Source of the DNA: an uncultured Rhodobacterales bacterium
GTDB taxonomy: Bacteria; Pseudomonadota; Alphaproteobacteria; Rhodobacterales; Rhodobacteraceae
NCBI GenBank assembly: GCA_964397775.1
Contig: CAYNKL010000119.1
Location: forward strand, 1 to 12,682
DNA: 12,682 nt
Direction: 5' to 3'
Part shown: positions 6,774-12,682 of the stretch, one piece after another
Position numbering within the stretch: position 1 is the stretch's first letter
How the letters are laid out: every line of letters starts with the position of its first letter
Position numbers and translations under genes: made by a program
The notes under the pieces: generated by a model
Databases searched by the model: none
What the model was told of the DNA's origin: nothing
Seen by the model: only the letters and a program-made list of their open reading frames with translations

Positions 6774-8552
6774 ATGATATTTTTCGACCTGAGCCAGGCG
6801 GCGGCCGCGTATCTGACGCTCGCGGTGGTGGTTGGCATGTTCGTGCTGTTCGTGCGCGAGACCTATCCGACCGAGGTCGTCGCCATCGGCGGCGTCGCGG
6901 TGCTGCTGGCGCTCGGGGTGCTGCCCTACGATGCCGCGTTGGAGGTCCTGTCGAACCCGGCGCCCTGGACCATCGCCGCCATGTTCCTCGTGGTCGGGGC
7001 CCTCGTGCGGACCGGGGCACTGGAGAGCTTTTCGAGCTATGCGCAGGGGCAGGTGAGCAAGCAGCCCAAGGCAGCCGTGGTGGGTATCCTCGTCGTGGTG
7101 GTCGTTGCCTCGGCCTTCATGAACAACACGCCGGTCGTGGTGGTGATGCTGCCGATCTTCGTGCAGATTTCCCGCTCGCTCGGCGTGGCACCCTCCAAGC
7201 TGCTGATCCCGCTCAGCTATGCCTCGATCCTCGGCGGGACCGCGACACTGATCGGCACCTCGACCAACCTGCTTGTGGACGGCGTTGCCCGGACCCGCGG
7301 GCTCGAACCCTTCTCGATCTTCGAGGTGACGCCGCTGGCGCTGATCCTCATCCTCTGGGGCGGCATCTACATGGCGCTCTTCGGGCGCAAGCTGCTGCCG
7401 GAGCGGGATTCGATGGCTGGCATGCTCTCGGACCGGTCGCGGATGAAGTTCTTCACCGAGGCCGTGATCCCGCCGGATTCCAACCTCGTCGGACGCGAGG
7501 TGCTGGGCGTGCAACTGTTCAAGCGCGAGGGCGTGCGGCTGGTAGACGTTGTGAGGGGCGATGAATCGCTGCGTCGCAACCTCGACGGTGTCATTCTGGA
7601 GGTCGGCGACCGCGTCGTGCTGCGGACCCAGATGACCGAGCTGCTGAGCCTGCAGCGCAACAAGTCGCTGAAGCGCGTGGACCAGGTCTCCTCGAAGGAA
7701 ACCACCACGGTCGAGGCGCTGATCTCGCCGGGCTGCAAGATGGTCGGCCGGTCGCTGGGGGCGCTGCGTTTGCGGCGGCGCTACGGTGTCTACCCGCTGG
7801 CGGTGCACCGGCGGAACCAGAACATCGGTCGGCAGCTCGACGATCTCGTGGTGCGGGTCGGCGACACGCTGCTGCTCGAGGGCTCGCCCGAGGATATCCG
7901 GCGCCTGTCGGAAGAGATGGACATGGTCGACGTCTCGCGGCCCTCGGCCAAGGCCTTTCGCCGCAGCCATGCGCCTGTGGCGCTCGGCGCGCTTGCGGGC
8001 ATCGTGATCCTCTCCGCGCTCGGTGTGGCGCCGATCCTCGCGCTTGCGGTCATCGCGGTGGCGGTGGTGCTGCTGGCCCGTTGCGTCGATGCCGAGGAGG
8101 CTTTCGGTTTCGTCGAGGGCCAGCTGCTGGCGCTCATCTTCGCGATGCTGGCCATCGGGGCGGCGCTGGAAGCCTCGGGGGCGGTGGAGCTGCTGGTAGG
8201 GGCGGTGGCGCCGGTCATGGAGATGCTGCCGGGCTGGCTGCTGGTCTGGGCGGTCTATCTGCTGACCTCGCTTCTGACCGAGACGGTGAGCAACAACGCC
8301 GTGGCCGTGGTCGTTACACCGGTGGCGATCGGACTGGGACAGGCGCTTGGGCTCGACCCGCGCCCGCTGGTGGTGGCGGTCATGGTGGCGGCAAGCTGCA
8401 GCTTCGCCACGCCCATCGGCTATCAGACCAACACCATGGTCTATGGCCCGGGCGGCTACCGCTTCGCGGACTTCCTGCGGGTTGGCGTGCCGCTGAACAT
8501 CAGCGTCGGCCTTTTGGCATCGCTTCTGATTCCGCTGTTCTGGCCCCTCTGA
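6774..8552 (+). CDS. SLC13/CitMHS-family permease with two central TrkA_C (RCK_C) regulatory domains
   Basis: N- and C-terminal polytopic membrane halves ([26 protein letters not shown]..., ...[25 protein letters not shown]...) flank two repeats of the RCK_C pattern ([11 protein letters not shown]...[12 protein letters not shown]...[11 protein letters not shown] and [11 protein letters not shown]...[10 protein letters not shown]...[13 protein letters not shown]). The ATG at 6774 (MIFFDL) is preferred over the upstream ATG at 6711, which would overlap the DMT gene. Confidence 0.8.
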   Translation: MIFFDLSQAAAAYLTLAVVVGMFVLFVRETYPTEVVAIGGVAVLLALGVLPYDAALEVLSNPAPWTIAAMFLVVGALVRTGALESFSSYAQGQVSKQPKAAVVGILVVVVVASAFMNNTPVVVVMLPIFVQISRSLGVAPSKLLIPLSYASILGGTATLIGTSTNLLVDGVARTRGLEPFSIFEVTPLALILILWGGIYMALFGRKLLPERDSMAGMLSDRSRMKFFTEAVIPPDSNLVGREVLGVQLFKREGVRLVDVVRGDESLRRNLDGVILEVGDRVVLRTQMTELLSLQRNKSLKRVDQVSSKETTTVEALISPGCKMVGRSLGALRLRRRYGVYPLAVHRRNQNIGRQLDDLVVRVGDTLLLEGSPEDIRRLSEEMDMVDVSRPSAKAFRRSHAPVALGALAGIVILSALGVAPILALAVIAVAVVLLARCVDAEEAFGFVEGQLLALIFAMLAIGAALEASGAVELLVGAVAPVMEMLPGWLLVWAVYLLTSLLTETVSNNAVAVVVTPVAIGLGQALGLDPRPLVVAVMVAASCSFATPIGYQTNTMVYGPGGYRFADFLRVGVPLNISVGLLASLLIPLFWPL

Positions 8553-8572
8553 CGCCCCACGCGCGCACGCCC

Positions 8573-8602
8573 TTGGCAAGCGGTGGGGGCTTGGCCTATA
8601 TC
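8573..8602 (+). promoter_or_regulatory. Candidate sigma70-type promoter for yebC: TTGGCA (8573-8578), 18-nt spacer, TATATC (8597-8602)
   Basis: Matches the consensus at 5 of 6 positions in the -35 and 4 of 6 in the -10, within a 90-bp intergenic region. It would give a leader of about 35 nt to the ATG at 8642. This is pattern-based only. Confidence 0.3.
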
Positions 8603-8641
8603 ACGCCCGATCAGAAACAGGTGGACGAGCGAGAGGCAAGC

Positions 8642-9382
8642 ATGGCCGGGCACTCCAAGTGGGCGAACATTCAACACCGCAAGGGGCGGCAGGACGCGGC
8701 GCGCTCCAAGCTGTTTTCGAAGCTGTCGAAGGAGATCACGGTGGCCGCCAAGATGGGCGACCCCGATCCCGAGAAGAACCCGCGTCTGCGGCTGGCAGTG
8801 AAGGAAGCCAAGGCGAGCTCGGTCCCCAAGGACGTGATCGACCGCGCCATCAAGAAGTCGCAGGCCGGTGACGGCGAGAACTACGAAGAGATCCGCTACG
8901 AGGGCTACGGGCCCAACGGCGTGGCGGTGATCGTCGAGGCGATGACCGACAACCGCAACCGGACCGCGTCCAACGTGCGCTCGACCTTCTCCAAGAACGG
9001 CGGCAACATGGGCGAGAGCGGCTCGGTAGCCTTCATGTTCGAGCGCAAGGGCGAGATCATCTACCCTGCGTCTGCCGGGGATGCCGACGACATCATGATG
9101 GCGGCCATCGAGGCGGGCGCCGAGGATGTGGAAAGCAGCGAGGAAAGCCATGTGATCTGGTGCGCGGACACGGATCTCAACGAGGTCTCGACCGCGCTGG
9201 AAGAGCAGCTTGGCGAATCCGAGAGCACCAAGCTGACCTGGAAGCCCGCGAACACCACCGAGCTCGACCTCGAGGGGATGCAGTCGCTGATGAAGCTTGT
9301 CGACGCGCTCGAGGACGACGACGACGTGCAGCGCGTCACCACCAACTTCGAGGCCTCCGACGAGGTGATGGAACAGCTCTGA
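8642..9382 (+). CDS. yebC: YebC/PmpR-family DNA-binding transcriptional regulator
   Basis: ATG at 8642 with a GAGAGG Shine-Dalgarno 6 nt upstream. [39 protein letters not shown]...[11 protein letters not shown]... is the highly conserved YebC N-terminus. The product is 247 aa with an acidic C-terminus. The long upstream extension of the ORF (from 8081) is Gly/Arg-rich and not coding. Confidence 0.92.
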   Translation: MAGHSKWANIQHRKGRQDAARSKLFSKLSKEITVAAKMGDPDPEKNPRLRLAVKEAKASSVPKDVIDRAIKKSQAGDGENYEEIRYEGYGPNGVAVIVEAMTDNRNRTASNVRSTFSKNGGNMGESGSVAFMFERKGEIIYPASAGDADDIMMAAIEAGAEDVESSEESHVIWCADTDLNEVSTALEEQLGESESTKLTWKPANTTELDLEGMQSLMKLVDALEDDDDVQRVTTNFEASDEVMEQL

Positions 9383-9408
9383 ACGCCGCGCCGGGTCAGA
9401 GATAGGGA

Positions 9409-9447
9409 CACCCCGCCGACCTGTCGTCGCGGGGTGTTTTATTGCGG
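9409..9447 (+). terminator. Rho-independent terminator after yebC: ACACCCCGC...GCGGGGTGT stem followed by TTTTATT
   Basis: 9-bp GC-rich stem (9409-9417 / 9430-9438) with an internal CGAC/GTCG sub-stem, then a T-rich tract at 9438-9444. Confidence 0.6.
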
Positions 9448-9455
9448 GGGAACGC

Positions 9456-10046
9456 ATGCAGGCAGTCTTGGCGGGCTTTGCGCTCGGGTTTTCGCTGATC
9501 CTGGCCATCGGGGCGCAGAATGCCTTTGTGCTGCGTCAGGGGCTGCGGCGGGCGCATGTGGGCACCGTCGTGATCGTCTGCGCGGTGTCGGACGCGGTGC
9601 TGATCGCGGCGGGGGTCGCGGGCTTTGGCGCGCTGGCGGAGGCGGTGCCAGGGCTGGAATGGGGGATGCGCATCTTCGGGGCGGCCTTCCTGGGCTGGTA
9701 CGGGGCGCGCACGCTCTGGGCCGCGTGGAAGGGCGGGCAGGTGATGGAGGCGGGCGCGGCGGCGCAGTCGCGGCGGTCTGCCGTGCTGACCTGCCTCGCG
9801 CTGACCTGGCTCAACCCGCATGTCTACCTCGATACGGTGGTGCTGCTGGGATCGGTCTCGTCCCGCTACCCGGCGCTGCCCTTCGCGCTGGGGGCGATGG
9901 CGGCCTCGGGAGTGTTCTTCACCGCGCTGGGCTACGGCGCGCGGGGGCTGGCGCCGCTCTTTGCGCGGCCGGCCGCCTGGAGGGCGCTGGACCTGGTCGT
10001 GGGGCTGACCATGTGGGCCATCGCCGCGAGCCTGATCTGGGGGTGA
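9456..10046 (+). CDS. argO: LysE/ArgO-family amino-acid exporter (arginine/lysine exporter)
   Basis: The product is 196 aa with 6 TM segments. ILAIGAQNAFVLRQGLRRA and LTWLNPHVYLDTVVLLGSVS closely parallel the E. coli ArgO motifs GPQNAFVMNQGIRRQ and TWLNPHVYLDTFVVLGSLG. Confidence 0.85.
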   Translation: MQAVLAGFALGFSLILAIGAQNAFVLRQGLRRAHVGTVVIVCAVSDAVLIAAGVAGFGALAEAVPGLEWGMRIFGAAFLGWYGARTLWAAWKGGQVMEAGAAAQSRRSAVLTCLALTWLNPHVYLDTVVLLGSVSSRYPALPFALGAMAASGVFFTALGYGARGLAPLFARPAAWRALDLVVGLTMWAIAASLIWG

Positions 10047-10052
10047 GCGGCG

Positions 10053-10075
10053 ATGTCCCGGGCCGGGACATTTTT
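10053..10075 (+). terminator. Rho-independent terminator after argO: ATGTCCCG-ggc-CGGGACAT followed by TTTTT
   Basis: 8-bp stem (10053-10060 / 10064-10071), 3-nt loop and a T5 tract at 10071-10075, starting 7 nt after the TGA at 10044-10046. Confidence 0.65.
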
Positions 10076-10205
10076 CGATGGTATATGAATCAATGGGTTA
10101 GTGGTTAGCGTTAACCGGGACTTAGGAATGTTCCGCGGCAGCCCCTGCTTTGCAGCGGGTGGCCGATGTGGTTTTGTGGCCCCTGATGTAGGGGAGGTCT
10201 TGGGG

Positions 10206-12494
10206 ATGTGGTCGGAAGTCGAGGCATGGTTGCGCACGGGGCCGGGAGCCGCGATCGCCTCGCTTGTCACACTTCTGGCATTTGCCGGGATCGATGCCCG
10301 GTGGGGCTGGAACGTGATCCGGAGGTTGGCCGGCAGGGGCGCCCCCGCCACCGTGCAAAAGGTCGAGGTCGTCACGCCGGAGCCGCAGAAGACAGGCTCG
10401 AAATTCCCGAAGATCCTCCCGCCGCCCCGCGACCGGACCCTTGTTGGGCGGGAAAAAGAACTGGGGCGCATCCGCAGCCTGCTGGCCAGCCGCCACGGGG
10501 TGCAGATCACCGGCCAGACTGGCGTGGCGCTGAGCGCCGAGGGCGGGCGGGGCAAGACGGCGCTGGCCAAGGAATACGCCTGGCGTTTTCGCGACGCATA
10601 CGATGGCGGTTACTGGCTTGATGCCCAGACACGGGCGAACCTGCTGGCAGATCTGGCGCGTCTGGGTGAGCGCGCCTTTGACATGCCGGTGCGGGATTCG
10701 GTCACGGAGGCCGATGGACGTGCGGTGCTGGCGCGGATCGCGGACAGCGGGGCGCGATGGTTGCTGGTCTATGACAACGCCGACAGTTACGACGAGATCC
10801 CCGATGCGAAGCAGGGCGAGGTGCGCGACCTGATCTGCCAGGCGCCGGACGTCGATGTGATCGTGACCAGCCGCAGGGCGCTGGGCTGGGACGGCTACGG
10901 GCGCATCGACCTTGAGGTGCTGGACACGGATAGCCCCGAGGGCGGCGCGGTGGACCTGCTGTTGCAGGAGGCGGGTCTTGCGTTTCCCACGCCCGAGGAC
11001 AGGCAGGCCGCCTGGCTCGTGGCTCAGGAGCTGGGCGGTCTGCCGCTGGCGCTGGTGCTGGCCGGGGCGCTGGTGCGGGTAGACGGATGGAGCTTTGCAC
11101 AGCTGCGCGACGAAGTTTCTGAGGTGCTGACCCGCGCGCCCGAAAGCCCGCTTTACCCAAACAGCGTGGCGGGGGCGGTGCGGCTGACCTATGGGCGGCT
11201 GGGCGCGGATGCGCAGGCGCTGGCGGATCTTTGCGCCTGGCTGGCGCCAGAGGGGCTGACGGAGGCGCTGTTTGCGGGGGCGGTGAAAGACCCGTCTTGG
11301 CCAGCCTATTCCGATGATGCCGTCCCCGAGGTGCGGGCGGTTCTGGACGACCCGGCGCGTCTGCGCGCGGGGTTGCAGGAGTTGCGGCGCTGGTCGGTGC
11401 TGTCCGGTGAGGGCGGGATGCACCGGTTGACGCAAGCGGTTCTGCGGGCGGCTCAGACGGAGGGGGACTGTGACTTTGCCAGTGCGCGCGGGGCGGCGGC
11501 GGTTTTGGCGGCGCAGTTTCCGGGGGGGAGCGAGAATTCGCCGGTGCTTCAAGAAAACTGGGAGGTCTGTCGTACTCTGGTACCGCATGTCCGGTCGCTT
11601 TGGGGCACTTCGGTAGAGCCTTGGCGCGTGCGGTGGCAGCAGCCAGGATGGGCTGCCATGGACTATCTTTTGAGCCAGGGGGCGGTCTTCCTGTCGCGGC
11701 AAGAGGATCGTGAGGGGGCGATTGTCTTGGGCCGTCCCGCGCTTGAGTTGAAAGAGATGCGTCTCGGCGAAGAACACCGCGATATCCCGCTAGCGCTGGG
11801 CAACTTGGCTCTCGATCTAGCCGAGGTTGGGGCGCTGGCGGAGGCGCGGGCCAAGATTACACGCGCAGTGGCACTCGATGAGGTGCATCGGCGGCGCGAG
11901 GCGCGCGGCCAAATGGCGGGGACCTACATGCAGCAGGCCAAAATTGCGTTCCGTAGCATGGAGGCCGGTGGCGAGATCGCGGAGGGCGCGGAGGTCGAGG
12001 CTGAGGCCGCGCTGGAAGGAGCCGGAGAGATCTGGGAAACGCTGTTTGGCGCTGAGAGCGAAGAGATGGCGCTGGTCTGGAACGAGAGGGGCTATTTGAG
12101 GCAGCTGCAGGGAAGACAGCGACTGCAATGGCAGGCTTCGAGCCGCGCGCTTGAGATCACCCGGGCGTTGGATGATCCGGACCAAACAGTCCTGGCGACC
12201 TATGCCACGAATGTTGGCTCGACGGCGCTGGAGCTGGGGCGGGCCAATGACGCGCGAGGACCTTTGAAGGAGGCTTACGATCTGGCGCGCGAGGTCTATT
12301 TCGATCTTCCGGATCATTCGCATTACGTTGGATGTTGCAAAAAGCTGACCCTCTGCCTGCTGGTTCTGGCGCGCAAGGGTGGCCGCGGCGCGCGGCGTGA
12401 GGCCGAGGCGCTTGCTGCGCGGCATGGGTTGGATCTGGCGGAGATGGAGGCTGTTGCGGAGAGGTTCCCGTTGGAGCCGGTGGCGGAGGCGTAG
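10206..12494 (+). CDS. STAND NTPase with NB-ARC domain and C-terminal TPR-like repeats; the short N-terminus has a single hydrophobic helix and no recognisable effector domain
   Basis: The ATG at 10206 has a GGGGAGG Shine-Dalgarno 8 nt upstream; the ORF is open from the GTG at 10101. The NB-ARC motif set is complete. LVGREKELGRIRSLL precedes the P-loop SAEGGRGKTALA (about 10536-10571). The Walker B motif is WLLVYDNAD (about 10758-10784) and the RNBS-B-like motif is VIVTSRR. The GLPL motif is ELGGLPLALVLAG (about 11029-11067) and the MHD-like motif is GGMHRLTQAVLR (about 11412-11447). The C-terminal ~330 aa is helical and repeat-like, TPR-like (ALGNLALDLAEVGALAEA, ALEITRAL, AYDLAREVY). The N-terminus MWSEVEAWLRTGPGAAIASLVTLLAFAGIDARWGWNVIRRLAGR has one TM-length hydrophobic stretch. 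Confidence 0.8.
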   Translation: MWSEVEAWLRTGPGAAIASLVTLLAFAGIDARWGWNVIRRLAGRGAPATVQKVEVVTPEPQKTGSKFPKILPPPRDRTLVGREKELGRIRSLLASRHGVQITGQTGVALSAEGGRGKTALAKEYAWRFRDAYDGGYWLDAQTRANLLADLARLGERAFDMPVRDSVTEADGRAVLARIADSGARWLLVYDNADSYDEIPDAKQGEVRDLICQAPDVDVIVTSRRALGWDGYGRIDLEVLDTDSPEGGAVDLLLQEAGLAFPTPEDRQAAWLVAQELGGLPLALVLAGALVRVDGWSFAQLRDEVSEVLTRAPESPLYPNSVAGAVRLTYGRLGADAQALADLCAWLAPEGLTEALFAGAVKDPSWPAYSDDAVPEVRAVLDDPARLRAGLQELRRWSVLSGEGGMHRLTQAVLRAAQTEGDCDFASARGAAAVLAAQFPGGSENSPVLQENWEVCRTLVPHVRSLWGTSVEPWRVRWQQPGWAAMDYLLSQGAVFLSRQEDREGAIVLGRPALELKEMRLGEEHRDIPLALGNLALDLAEVGALAEARAKITRAVALDEVHRRREARGQMAGTYMQQAKIAFRSMEAGGEIAEGAEVEAEAALEGAGEIWETLFGAESEEMALVWNERGYLRQLQGRQRLQWQASSRALEITRALDDPDQTVLATYATNVGSTALELGRANDARGPLKEAYDLAREVYFDLPDHSHYVGCCKKLTLCLLVLARKGGRGARREAEALAARHGLDLAEMEAVAERFPLEPVAEA

Positions 12495-12539
12495 TGGGCG
12501 GCGGGCGCGTCTTGATGGCTGCGAGCCCCCTCACCCTAT

Positions 12540-12562
12540 CCCTCTCCCCCGAGGGGAGAGGG
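12540..12562. repeat. Extragenic palindrome CCCTCTCCCC-cga-GGGGAGAGGG (perfect 10-bp stem, 3-nt loop), REP-like element
   Basis: Direct reading of the sequence. It starts 46 nt after the STAND stop, is preceded by CCCTCACCCTAT and has no T-tract after it, so it is not a canonical intrinsic terminator. Confidence 0.5.
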
Positions 12563-12657
12563 GACCTGTTGCGCTGGCTTTGGCGGGGGCGCTGTCTCTC
12601 CAGTGGTCCGGGCCTGTCTTCCGGGCGTGCCCGGTCTCCGACCCTTCCTCGCTGAAA

Positions 12658-12676
12658 TCATGCCTCCGGCATGATG
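12658..12676. repeat. Palindrome ATCATGCC-tcc-GGCATGAT (8-bp stem) at the window edge, overlapping a possible ATG-ATG start of the next gene
   Basis: Direct reading of the sequence. The window ends before any context can be evaluated. Confidence 0.3.
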
Positions 12677-12682
12677 TCCGGG

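Noticed and set aside
6585-8579. 664-aa ORF on the - strand antisense to the SLC13/TrkA_C permease
   Set aside because: Composition dominated by Arg, His, Asp and Gln with runs like HHHDRR. It overlaps a clearly membrane-protein-coding + strand frame. Called an antisense artefact.
8081-8641. 187-codon N-terminal extension of the yebC ORF (433-aa reading)
   Set aside because: The extension is Gly/Arg/Ala-rich nonsense ([18 protein letters not shown]...). The universally conserved YebC N-terminus [10 protein letters not shown] begins at the ATG at 8642 with a good Shine-Dalgarno sequence, and the extension would overlap the upstream permease gene.
10122-11777. 551-aa ORF on the - strand antisense to the NB-ARC STAND gene
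   Set aside because: Arg/Pro/Gln-rich low-complexity translation. The + strand frame contains a complete ordered NB-ARC motif set, so the - strand ORF is an artefact.

Overview
This is high-GC (~65-68%) chromosomal DNA with a gene order typical of an alphaproteobacterium, Rhodobacteraceae-like. Genes are tightly packed and almost all on the + strand. Reading from the start: the last codons of an hflK-like gene, then hflC with an unusually long acidic low-complexity tail. hflC overlaps by 4 nt a DUF2065 (YjeT-like) small membrane protein. Next come a DegP/HtrA serine protease with two PDZ domains and a rho-independent terminator. A lipoprotein with a peptidoglycan-binding-like domain lies on the - strand. 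The rest are on the + strand: an adrenodoxin-type [2Fe-2S] ferredoxin, a secreted FG-GAP/VCBS-motif protein, and the YmdB-family metallophosphoesterase overlapping by 4 nt a DMT/EamA transporter. After these come an SLC13/CitMHS permease with two TrkA_C (RCK_C) domains, the YebC/PmpR-family regulator and a LysE/ArgO-family exporter. The most interesting locus is the last gene (10206..12494). It is a solitary gene with lower third-codon-position GC than its neighbours. It encodes a STAND NTPase with a complete NB-ARC motif set (P-loop EGGRGKTALA, Walker B LLVYDNAD, VIVTSRR, GGLPLAL, MHR) and TPR-like C-terminal repeats. Its N-terminus has only a short hydrophobic helix instead of a recognisable effector domain. 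That architecture resembles antiviral STAND (Avs)/NLR-like defence proteins, possibly with a membrane-inserting N-terminal helix. The gene is preceded by an AT-rich intergenic region with a terminator and inverted repeats, and followed by a perfect 10-bp-stem GGGGAGAGGG palindrome. No rRNA, tRNA, CRISPR or transposase was recognised. The several long - strand ORFs (621, 664 and 551 aa) are Arg/Pro/Ala-rich antisense artefacts of high GC.
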